The position numbers and the translations under genes are program-made. From Phoronis australis (Eukaryota > Animalia > Phoronida): 64,000 nucleotides of DNA. Location of the stretch: contig NMRA01000708.1 of assembly GCA_002633005.1 (NCBI GenBank), forward strand, positions 124,001 through 188,000, in the 5' to 3' direction. Positions 53,140-64,000 of the stretch are shown here, one piece after another. Under the pieces are notes generated by a model. The model was not told the origin of the DNA, ran no database searches, and saw nothing but the letters and a program-made list of their open reading frames with translations. How positions within the stretch are numbered: the stretch's first letter is position 1; the number at the start of each line of letters is the position of its first letter.

Positions 53140-53883
53140 TATAAAAAAGTTCATGTTCAATTCAACGTTTCGTCTTTTCATAATACATCATCAGGAACAT
53201 ATTTACAACAATTTAGTACAACAAGTGCCAACATACAGCTCAGGTAACATCCACAGAGTGAAGTGAGAGATACATAGAATATAGTCAGTAGCTGGTCATC
53301 ACCATAGTTGCAGGGTCACTGAGCTCTGCATGTTATTCAGAGAATCAGTGGCATGCTGGTTCTGAATGGCCAATGACTCTTTAATGTACAGTAACTCCTT
53401 ATTAGGTTCTCTGCAGATAATACTAACAGAGTTGGCTTGGTGATTGTAGCTAATACAATGCCTATATATGTTACTTTTCTCTGAGGTGTGATGTTCTTTC
53501 AACCTGTCACAGAGGCGTCTCTGTGTGAGTTCTATATAGAATTTCTTACAGTTGTCGCATTCAACCTTATACACAACATTGCTCTTGTGTAATAAAGGGA
53601 TGAGTGACTTTAGTTTAAACAGCATACTGGAGAGTTTTCGATGGGGTTTGAAAACAACTATCAGTTCAACTGCTGGTTCTATGCAATGAATAAGGCTAGA
53701 TAATTGACGTTTCAATTTTATACTACTTGGCCCGGTGTAATCAAGACAAAAGAAAACTTTCTTTTTCTCAGGTCCAATAACAGCTACCTTATCTGCCTCA
53801 TTCATTTTTGAAAGAAAGCGTCTTTTACAGCTATTCAGAAAATTCAGAGGGTAACCATTGGCACGCAATAACTGGAAAATCAT
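53140..53883 (-). mobile_element. Penelope-like element 3' remnant (GIY-YIG), copy 2
   Basis: 194-aa ORF with VVY..C..C...YIE, RLKEH and KESLAI...LN motifs. Confidence 0.85.
53158..53200 (-). ncRNA. Minimal type I hammerhead-ribozyme-like motif (copy at 49739-49780)
   Basis: GUUC-CUGAUGA-uGUAUU..AAGAC-GAAACGUU-GAAU, about 100 nt downstream of the Penelope-like ORF stop. Confidence 0.55.
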
Positions 53884-54519
53884 GGCTACGTCACTAGATT
53901 ATACTTGATTCAACAGTTGCAGCGTTCTTCAATTCGAAGCAAGCTGCATGCAGAAACAGTAGGTTATTGAATCAACGATTTTAACAGTTGCTGAAAATGT
54001 TTGATGACTTGTGTGTATTCAGGACTTATGAAACCCCTTGAAATATTATTTGCAGTGTTATTCTTCATTGACACCTAATTTTCTTGTTTGAACTCTGCTC
54101 TGTTCCACGTCTGATTTATAGAATTAGCGAAAATTCAGTGTCAAATTTCACACTGAGAAATGAGCAAGTTTAATCCCGGGAACTATTTTCAAAATTACTA
54201 TCATTTGTTACACAACAAAGACTAAAATATAAACCCCCCAAATGTGACGACAAGAGTGTTTTAATAAATTCCTTGTGGGCTACGGCCAACGGCCTTGCAC
54301 GCAACAAAAATGTTTCGTCCATGTTTCATCGTCAGAAGTACGGGTTATTATCTTGTAATGTGTCATTTAAACAGTGCTGTAGTGGTAAAATTAGAGGTAA
54401 GTAGGCGCCCAAAACATACCGCTTCACCTTGAACACTGAACGTAACTTACGGTGCATAGGCGCTACGTTCAAATGCCAAAAGGCACTGCATTTAAGTCGT
54501 GATACTTCATACTACTTAC

Positions 54520-54642
54520 GCGTATCCAGGTACCGAGGAAGCAGGTGAAAATCAGGAAGATGTCCAGTCTGCTATATCCACGAGAGATGTCACCGTCGTC
54601 ACTATTGACGGAATGATTTTCTTGATCTAGAGAAGTACACAT
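54520..54642 (-). CDS. Duplicate of the first coding exon of the MFS transporter
   Basis: Matches 51098-51220 inside the tandem duplication. Confidence 0.55.
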
Positions 54643-56360
54643 CTATCTAGCCTGAAAGCTAAGCTAAAAATATTCATTATTATAATCAAACTTCGCCATT
54701 CTGCAATTCAAACAATGTGCATCACATCATTAGTCCCCTAGGTGAAATATTGAAACTCACACACAGAGGGCGCAGAGACAACGCTTCAATCACAAGTAAG
54801 GCAACAGTTGATTTGTGTCGAGATATGATTGAGCCAACAAATCCCAGAGAGTTAGTCCATGCACGCAAAGCACTATGCTGTTCCTATCTTCACAATAGAA
54901 ACCTGGGTAAAGTTCAGAGCTATCAAAGGAACCACGACAGGATCGTTACGTCCACTGGGTTGGGTTTCAAAATCGCTAATGGCCATTTCATTTTTCAAAA
55001 ATTTGAGAGGTCTTGCATATTCACTTTTTATGTTACAAGAATGTCACCTGTCCCTACACACAAAATGGTTATATGCCCTTTTCTTGAAATGACCATCTTT
55101 TACAAATTGAAAGTTGGTAAAAGCTTGACTGTGTAGTGGAATACTTTGCTTGTCGGTTTTGCTCACATACGTAAACATATTTGCAAACATACGTACCTAC
55201 CTACGTACAAGTACAGTACGTATTTGGCAGTCCTTGTACGCAGATACATTTATACATACATATTGAAAGATCACGTACATGTGTACCATCGTCTCGTACA
55301 AAAAGACAACCAATCACTGACCATTCCGGCAAAGTTGTTAAATTCACAATAAGATCATCGCTCACATTTTATATAGCTGAAACGCTGCCTCAAGCCTGTC
55401 AAGCATGAATTTTTACTTTTGTCTCGCCAACAAAAGCCACCGTTCATCTTCCACTAATATTCGAAAGGTATTTCATCATAGTACAGTATATTGTACTTGT
55501 TGTCAAATATTTTGAACTCTCCGTATTCTTAGCCAGATATTTCCCGGGGCCAAAAGAGTGCTTTGAGTTGCGCAATTTCTGTCTGGGTCACCGTGTTGTG
55601 TCAAGTCAATCACCATAATAGTCGGTGGGCCAAAATTTGTAGGGCCTCTAGAAAATGGTTTTTGTGAGTAATTTAGGGGGGGGGGCAATTTTATTTTGGT
55701 GTTTTTTTAATTCATTTACTAGAGTGTTTTCAAAATCTGAAAAGTTCCCACATATAAAGTTGCGCATTTTTGAGAAATTTGAGTTTGAAGTTACATAATA
55801 ATCACCAAAGAGCTTAGTAAATTAATATTTGTAAAAACAACAGTTTTGGTGACTTTTTTGTAAAACAAGTAATATGGTCCCATCAGTGCCATTGTGTTGA
55901 ACAATATTACACTCACATTACATGTTTCACTATTGTAGATTAATTGTAAACAGTGAAATTTTAAAAAATTAGAGACACCTAGTGGCAAAAATGCAAACTA
56001 AGTCTGAATGTTACTAGGAAATTATTCTGGCATTGTCTGGCAACTAAAATAACACAAAACACTTGAGACTGGGCAGAATTTGTGCCTCAATGACTAAAAC
56101 ATTGACTAATGGTGTAAAATACAGCTTGTTTGCATCATACACCAGAAGTACATTATAGTACAAAAACAATATAGTTAAATGATCTCTGTGAATGTGCACA
56201 CAGACTGTATGCAAATAATAGATTATTCTGACAGAGTTTATCAAGCAGTATGAGAAAAATACATGACAATGATCAAAGTAAGTACTTTCTATGACTTAAT
56301 CAATAAATAAAATTAACTTTTTAATACAAAAAACCCGAAATAACGGGGTTGGAGGTCTAT

Positions 56361-57070
56361 TTAGGGTTGACTTGTCAAAGAACTATCGAATGTTATGCAG
56401 TCAGTGTTGCTGATGTTACTACAGTTGTCACAGCTGCACATTTCTATACAGTTTAACCCAACATTGCAGCACAAACTCAGTTTCCCAGCACACATGTTCT
56501 TTTTGCACTTGCAGCGTTCGTCGTTTAGTACTGTCAATGGAGATGCGGACATTGTCATACATTTTAACTGCAAAGCTCCACCTCCAAGGAGCCAACTATG
56601 GTCGATTACAGAGGGTACAGCACCGCACACTGGTGATTGGACCGCAGGCAATGAAGGGTCAAACACTAAGTCCTTTTTGGAGGCGGGCAGGATTTGGGCA
56701 AACGTTTGATTCAAAATACGTTATAATGGGCTGTGTTAATTAGAGTCAGCAAGTGAATTATTGAACACTAGCCTCATTCACTTTCGTATCTCTTAGTCGG
56801 GCACAACATACAACAGAGAGTAGCTTCAACAATATTTCTTAAGATTTCCTGTCCAAATAACTTCATGCACACCAGCTTTCTGAATAACAGCTTCAAAATC
56901 TTGCTTTAGTTTTGTAAGGCAAACGACATATCCATGTGCTACAAGCTTTGATTCAATGAACTCCAAACAAAACTGTAGAAAAACATCTCTGAAAACTGTG
57001 GAATCGTCACTGTTCACAATCGTTGTCTTTCTATTTTTATAGCATGATGATCTGTGGTACTAATGGCACA
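56361..57070 (-). mobile_element. Internally deleted DNA-transposon remnant, Academ-like
   Basis: C-terminal Cys cluster CKCKKNMC..CCNVGLNCIEMCSCDNCSN preceded by a P..P...SW pattern; YHRS-type motif near 57050. Confidence 0.45.
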
Positions 57071-58182
57071 AGGTCTTTATCTTTGAATTTCATTTGCATA
57101 TTCAGGGCTCTGGACTGAGCTGTCATTTGCGATACAAGTCCAACTGAAAAAACCCGAAATGTTAACACTAATTTAACATTCAACTATGAGTGAGTTGGCA
57201 TGTACATGTAACTTTTTCAGACGGACTTGTCAGGAACTGATCCACCTCCAGCCTAACAAATTTACATGCCTTCTGATCTGTCCCCTAAAATGTTGATCGT
57301 CTAATAATTAGATTAGTTGATGCAACTGAAAATGAATCAGCTGATATACCAGTGCAGTGATTGAAATTTAATTTTTTTAAATCAGATGCTCAAATCATAG
57401 TCAATCGATTTACACTTAAGGTAATCGACATTTGACGAAATGGACAGTGGCTTCCATCGTCCTCAAATTACGACGGCGACGATGGCCACATAAGCACTCT
57501 AATTTAATTATAATTGCAACTACCTAAGTAATTAATGTTTACAAAAAATTGAGAAGAGGTTCCCCCTATTCCAGGACTACGGCAGGGGATGACGGCCACT
57601 TGGGCATGTTGTTTGCAACCATCTACTTCATTGAACCTTCTCAAAAATTTTTGACTTAAAGTGCTTTAAAATCACACCCACAGTATAACGCCATATGATT
57701 ATCCCTTAGCACAAGGCTGCAGTGTCGATGTGGCAACTGAACAATGGAGTGTTCGAAGGAGTATTTGTTTAAACTGGGAACAACTGAAAACATTAACGAC
57801 CTCCTCAGAGGCATCTCTCTACGCGGTACTTCTAAACTTATAGGAACATAATTTGCTAAAAAGCATCCGGCATATGGAGTACATGTACCTATGGTATGAT
57901 CACCGTCTCTACTGGGTCAACGGTTTTGTCTAAGGCCTAGGCAGCCAAGGGGCTAAACAAGTTAAAAAACAACTGGTGATAATACTGAAACACACATGGA
58001 AAACACCAAGATATACCTTTCAAAAACACCTACCTGTTTTACAAAGCTATACTTCTTTCTCGGCACTTCGTTATCCCTAGATGACCTTGGTGGATTTGGT
58101 TTAGCACCTCCAACTGCATCGACTGGGGAATAACAATACGGTCGTTGTACATCAGTAGTCCATCTATGATGGTAAGATGCTT

Positions 58183-60950
58183 TTACTCGCAGTAAGGTTT
58201 CAGTAGCGTATCTGCAGAGAAAGCAGGCCAACCATTTTGCCAGAACTGGATGACTTCGCCACATGTTGCATCGCTACGTTGTGCTTCTTTGATCTGATTC
58301 AGACGACCTTGTATTGCAGGTAAGTATTTGACTGTATACTCAGCTTGATCTTCAGCTTCGTCTAGGAATATCTCATCAGGAACTGGAGGTTTGTCAACCG
58401 GAGCTCGGGACAAGGCATCTGCAATCAGGTGGTTCTTTCCTGGAACGTGGTTTATCGTGGGGCTGAATTTCATCAAACGGAGACGGAAACGTAGCACTCG
58501 AGGTGGCATCTTAGACAAGTCTGTTGATGACAGTAGAGGCACTAGTGGTTTATGGTCGGTCTCCAGAGTAAACTTGAGTCCAAGAATGAAGGTTGAGAAC
58601 TTCTCGCAAGCCCAGGTAGCTGCTAGTGCTTCCTTTTCTATCACTGCATAACGTTTCTCCGTGTCGTTAAGTGATCTGGACGCAAAGCACACTGGTCTTC
58701 TGTTACCACCAGAATCAGTTTGGATCAATACAGCACCAATGCCGTACTGGCTTGCATCAGCTGTTACTATGGTCTCACGACTAGGGTCGTAGTGGGCCAG
58801 TGTGACAGTTGAGACGAGTGCTTCTTTTACTTGTTGAAAGGATCTCTGTTGAGGTTCATCCCATTGGAAGGCTTGGTCTTTCCTCAAGAGTTGTCTCAGG
58901 GGTTCATTCAGCTTCACCAGATTAGGTAGGAATTTCGCCAGCTGGTTCACCATGCCATTAAATCTTTGAAGCTCAGTCACATTTGTGGGCACAGGGAAAT
59001 CTCTAACTGCTTGCGTCTTTTCTGGGTCAGCCATTATCCCATCTGAGCTGATAAGGTGTCCCAGGAACTTGATCTTTGATGTGGAAAACTCACATTTGTT
59101 GTTCAGGGTCAGGCCTGCAGCCTGTAGACGCTGAAGTACTGAACGGACTCTTTCGTCGTGTTCTTTTTGAGTGCTTCCATAGATGAGTATGTCGTCCATA
59201 TGACACAAGGTACCATCTAGACCTTCAAGGATCGATGACATCGTACGTTGGAAAATCTCTGGGGCAGAGCTTATTCCAAAGGGAAGTCTGTTAAACCTGA
59301 AACGTCCAAGGGGACTGATGAAGGTTGTTAGGTCTTTGGATGCTTCATGTAGAGGAATCTGCCAGAACCCTGAGTTGGCATCTAATTTCGAGAAGATAAC
59401 TGGCTTACCGCAACTAAGACTGCTCAGACTGTCCTCAACAGATGACATCGGGTGAACTTCACGCCTCACGGCTTTGTTCAGTGGAGTAAGATCTACGCAA
59501 ATGCGCACTCGGCCATTGGACTTTGGGATGCACACCATGCCGGAACACCATTCGGTAGGATGGGTAACCTTGGAAATAATGCCCTGTCTTTCCATAGACT
59601 CTAACTCTTTTTCCACCTGCGGAAGCAATGGGTGGAGCACACGTCTGGCAGTGTATAAACACACAGGGTTGGCGTCAGGTTGAAGACTTATCTCGTAGGG
59701 TGTGGTCAAACAGCCTAGACCTTGAAACAGCTTCGGGAAATCCCCACGAAAATCTGGTTTTGCATCTACCACATAGACAGATGCTGAAGGTATCAAAAGC
59801 TTGAAGTGTTCACAGGCACGTTTGCTTAACAGGTTTAAGCGTTGTCCTTTCATGATGTAAACATCTTCTTCTAGCTGACGATCACCACAACAAAGTTTGG
59901 CTTTTGGGATCACACCAAGAATACGGTCGTTCAGTGTCACATTGCCGGCACCTCGGCAGTTGGTCAGATTGGTGTTTGGTTCCAGCTTAGTTTTAGCCAG
60001 CCACGGATTTTTGTCTCCTATCACTGTGATGTCTGCGCCGCTATCTAGCTTGAACTGCGTAGAATGACCGTTCACAGAGATATCTGCTGACCAGTGCTTT
60101 TTAGAAGCTTCAATTTGACCCAGAAANTCTAGCTTGAACTGCGTAGTATGACCGTTCACAGAGATATCTGCTGACCAGTGCTTTTTAGAAGCTTCAATTT
60201 GACTCAGAAATTACACAGGAACGTCTTCTTCTTCCTGAGTATCTATTTCTGCTTTGCTTTTGGACCTACAAGCTTTGGACCAATGGCCTGTCTTGCCACA
60301 GTTGTTTCACTTGCTGTCTCTAGCTCTGCACTTTTTGCGTGTGTGTGGTTTAGTGCTACCACACCACTTACAACTTTCTAACTGGTTCTTCGGTGCTTTG
60401 TATGAGCCTGCTTCTTCTGAGGATTGTTGTGCTTCTTGAACCTATGCCGTTTCACGAACTCGACTGTACTCTCACTTTTGCCTGACATCACCTGTTTCTG
60501 AGTGCGTGATGCCTCTGCTGCTTGCAGATTCTCAATGGCTTTTGCGAGGCTTGGTACAGGGCGTTCTCTTAAGAGTCTCTCCCGTCCTGCGTCATCATTC
60601 GTCCCAACGACTATGCGGTCTCTGATCAGTGAGTCTTTCAGTTCCCCGAATTCGCAAGAGTCAGCTAACTTGCGTAATCTTAGGACAAACACATCTATGG
60701 TCTCTCCCGTCTTTTGGACTGCTTGGTTGAAGACAAATCTCTCGTAGAGAACAGTGACTCTTCTGGGGAACAAAGTATGCCTTTAAGGCATCAATAATCT
60801 TCTGAGGATTGCGTCTGTCTTCTTCACTGACGTTAGGCAAGTTACACAGAACTCGTTTACACTCCTGCCTCATGACGGAGCAGAGTGTTGCAGCAACTAT
60901 TGATACACCCTTTAGGTCTGGTGTACCATCCGCCTTAACCATTTTTGTGT
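58183..60950 (-). mobile_element. Ty3/Gypsy LTR retrotransposon gag-pol, defective
   Basis: Gag (ERFVFNQ..QKTGETID..LRLRKLA..CEFG, IRDRIVVG, CCHC knuckles with a TGA), protease LDSGAD, RT (RLPFGISSAPEIFQ, HMDD), RNase H (DAS, EKEALA, ETDHKPL, ADALSR); frameshifts; no integrase or LTR seen. Confidence 0.95.
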
Positions 60951-60952
60951 CT

Positions 60953-63900
60953 AGAGAACACGTGACCCTCATGGCGGGAAGGTTGGTTTTCTGACTTGTG
61001 CGGACTCTCCCATCTAACAATAACGAAATTAATTTAGTTTGAAGACAGAACCGACAGTAATTCATCTCACATGATTAGGAATAACGACCAGACCCCGACA
61101 AGTGGCAGAAAAAGAACACCAAGCCGAAACTCTAGTGAACTCCGAGCTTCGACGTCAAAAAAACCTCTGAAGCAACCGACAATGGACGCCATATTGACAG
61201 GAAAGGGACAAAATGTCACCAAGAAGACTCGGTCATTGAAAGATGAACTAAAGGAGGCACTCATGGACTCAGATATCCAGTCACTGTTTACAAACATGAT
61301 AAAGCCCTTAATTGACGCTGGTTTGTCTGAAATGTATAAAGCACTAGAGCTTCAATACGATCAAAAAATGGCTGAAAAGGATAAAAAAATAACAACACTT
61401 GAAAATCAACTCGACAAGCTGAAGCAAGAAAGTGGCTCTCAGATACACAGGTTGGAATCTGATTTGGATGAGCTTGAACAGTATAGCCGCCGAAACTGCG
61501 TTGTAATCAGCGGAATAAAAGAAAGTGACAAGGAGTGCACAGACGACATTGTTATTGGTCTAGCTAAAAGAATTGGTGCTACCGTTGAGAAGTCTGACAT
61601 ATGTCGCAGTCACCGCCTAGGTAAAAAAATCCAAGGTAATGCCAAGACGAGGTCAATTATAGTGAAATTTACGAATTACAATGCAAGAGCCGAATTCATG
61701 AGAAATAAAAAGAAATTGAAAACTGAAGCTGGCAAGATCTACGTTAACGAGAATCTGACCAAAAAACGAGCACAGTTGTACAAGGCTTGTAGAGACCTGG
61801 GCGCCCGGATTCAGAGTTGCTGGACATATGATGGAAGAATTTATTACAAGAACTGGGCCAATGAAATTAAACCGGTGAGCAGCATGGAAGATTTACAGGG
61901 CATCTAATTTGTCAGATCAACATTATACTCGCAAGCCAGAACATAATACAGTAGTGCAATAGTTTCCAACGTCTTGTATTCAGCTTTTGGTAAGATTATT
62001 CACTTTTGTACTATAGTCTGTATGAAAGATGGCTTTATTTCCCTTTTCCGTAAAGTTGATTGAGTTATACAGTAATTCCAATGCTTCGCATTATCCATTT
62101 AACCTTTAACTGCTTCTGTACTCCATGTGCAATTGCCAAACTACAAGTGTAGGGTACCATAATTGTCAGGTACTTGGGACCCTGTTGAGAGACCTCAGTA
62201 AAAACGTACTTCTCATACTTCCGGTAGCCATTACTGTGTATACGATTAGCCTATTTTTTTTCTTCACGTTAGCCGTTGTGCCCAACGTATCGTTTTCACA
62301 GCTAACACATACCTGCTACTCAGGCTATGTCAAAGTTCGCGACTACCGTGTCGCGTAGTCTTATTGTTGTAGCTGTGTTCTAGTTTGTTCTATTTTGGTC
62401 TAAGTGTCATATAGCTTCATGCTGGGCAATCTATCTGGGAGGCTATTTATGAGAGGGCTTCGTATTGCGTGTAGCCACAGAGGGCGGGCAACCTTATTAT
62501 TTTATGTGTGTGATCTGTTTGCTCTGTGCGGGCGTCCCGACAAGTCTCAAACGCATACAAAAGAGCCAAATCACTTTACTGAAATGTAGTTATCCTTAAA
62601 TTTCGTTATACTTGTTTTTTGTATGAGACCGTGTGGGCAATGCTTCTAAATGTTTTTATTACAGTCTCATTATGAAAAATACTGGGAGAATTAGCCTTAC
62701 CATGAGGATCAGTTTTTCTATCCTATGTCACATCATATTTCACATCGATGTTGTACTCTGTGAAATCTATGATGTGCTCGTGGATGTGTTTGTATTGTTT
62801 TGTTTTGTTTTGTGTGTATGTGGTGTGAATGGGTCAGGATTGTACCATTATTATTTGATTGTCATTTGATATATGTGCATAACCGTTGTAATGATGACAG
62901 GTGAACTTAAAGTAACGTCATTGAACTGCAGAGGGCTGGGTCTCCATGAAAAACGAAAAGATGTACTCAATTATTTAGGAGAAAAACAATACTCCATCTA
63001 TTGCCTACAGGACACACACTTTACTAAGAGAGAAGAAAACAATATTAGATCAATGTTGGGATACGAATGTTTTTTCAATTCAAATTCCTCAAACTCCCGT
63101 GGAGTGGCGATCCTCTTTAAGAACACTTTTGAGTATAAATTACATAACATTAGGCAAGACTACAATGGTAATAAATTAATTTTGGATATTACTATTAGTG
63201 AGACAAGAATTACGTTAATTAATACGTATTGTCCAAATAGGGACTCGCCGTCTTTTTTGAAAGAATAAAACAAGATATTCAAGATATAGGAAATTACTCT
63301 GTTATTTGGGCAGGCGATTTTAATCTTGCTCTCGATAAGTCTAAGGACACGATTAATTATCGACAGGTTAATAACCCAACGTCACGGATTAAGTTGATGG
63401 AGATTTGCACAGAATTGTCTATTGTTGATGTGTGGCGGGAACTAAACCCCAGTAGTAAAGAATATACTTGGAGAGCTGGAAGTAAACGATCCAGACTAGA
63501 TTTTTTTCTAATTTCTGAAAATCTTTTAGCTGATATTGACGACACCATAATAGAATTTGGTTACCGTTCCTATCATTCAATGGTAACGGGGTTTTTTTTT
63601 AAAGTGATGTTTCCAGGAGGAGAAAATCATTTTGGAAGTTTAATAATTCTCTCCTAAAGATCTCTGAGTATATTGCTGCAGTCAAGAATACTATTAAATT
63701 AGTTAAACAACAGTATACGACTGACGACATTCAGACTGTTGATAGTACAAGTAATTCTGATTTACAATTGTCTATAAATGATCAACTTTTTCTTGAAACG
63801 TTGTTGCTGGAGATTCGCGGCAAAACAATTTCCTTTGCTACTTACTTAAAAAGAAAAAGTGATAGAGTTGAACAGCAACTTATCAAAGGAATAAGCTTGT

Positions 63901-64000
63901 TGGAAAGAAGTCTAAGCCTTGACAGGGAACTACTGGAACAAAAAAATAATTTACTTGCCGAGCTAAGGCAAATAAGTTAAGAGGTCTTATGACTAGGTCG
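60953..64000 (+). mobile_element. L1/Tx1-clade non-LTR retrotransposon, 5' part, runs off the window
   Basis: 5' UTR, ORF1, a spacer of about 1 kb, then an ORF2 APE endonuclease from about 62890 (SLNCRGL, CLQDTH, SRGVAILF, AGDFN, SRLDFFL) with stops and frameshifts. Confidence 0.9.
61071..61907 (+). CDS. L1/Tx1-type LINE ORF1 (coiled coil plus RRM-like), intact
   Basis: LEQYSRRNCVVISGI, DICRSHRLG, RSIIVKF, IYVNENLT and WTYDGRI motifs. Confidence 0.88.
   Translation: MIRNNDQTPTSGRKRTPSRNSSELRASTSKKPLKQPTMDAILTGKGQNVTKKTRSLKDELKEALMDSDIQSLFTNMIKPLIDAGLSEMYKALELQYDQKMAEKDKKITTLENQLDKLKQESGSQIHRLESDLDELEQYSRRNCVVISGIKESDKECTDDIVIGLAKRIGATVEKSDICRSHRLGKKIQGNAKTRSIIVKFTNYNARAEFMRNKKKLKTEAGKIYVNENLTKKRAQLYKACRDLGARIQSCWTYDGRIYYKNWANEIKPVSSMEDLQGI

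Larger units (their letters stand above)
49124..55954. repeat. About 3.42-kb direct tandem duplication (49124-52530 / 52535-55954)
   Basis: Near-identical sequence and ORF pairs at an offset of about 3411-3424; the junction is the single N at 52531. Confidence 0.95.

Noticed and set aside
60043-60210. 84-bp tandem duplication at the Gypsy protease start
   Set aside because: The copies abut the N at 60127, which points to a contig-overlap artefact.

Overview
AT-rich genomic DNA from a eukaryote, probably a marine invertebrate (GT-AG introns, many nested transposon remnants, microsatellites). Genes reconstructed by hand: (1) a 10-coding-exon AGGF1 orthologue (coiled coil, OCRE, FHA, G-patch) at 20264-28743 (+). 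It carries a candidate mutually exclusive exon pair only 33 nt apart: one encodes a consensus leucine-rich nuclear export signal, the other a basic plus acidic EEGEL segment. (2) An intronless 730-aa acidic ORF with nine 22-aa repeats (11361-13553). (3) An intronless, probably secreted PAN/apple-like plus tectonin-like propeller protein (37003-38172, -). (4) A 3-exon MFSD4-like transporter (44844-51220, -) with a 1-nt frameshift. Mobile DNA includes MITE families with 5-, 7- and 8-bp target-site duplications (TSDs), a foldback element split by a LINE, Penelope-like GIY-YIG remnants with a hammerhead-like motif, Gypsy remnants, an Academ-like remnant and an L1/Tx1 element inserted into a Gypsy gag. 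The 3.4-kb tandem duplication at 49124-55954 is joined by a single N and is probably an assembly artefact. All family assignments rest on motif recognition by eye, not on database searches.
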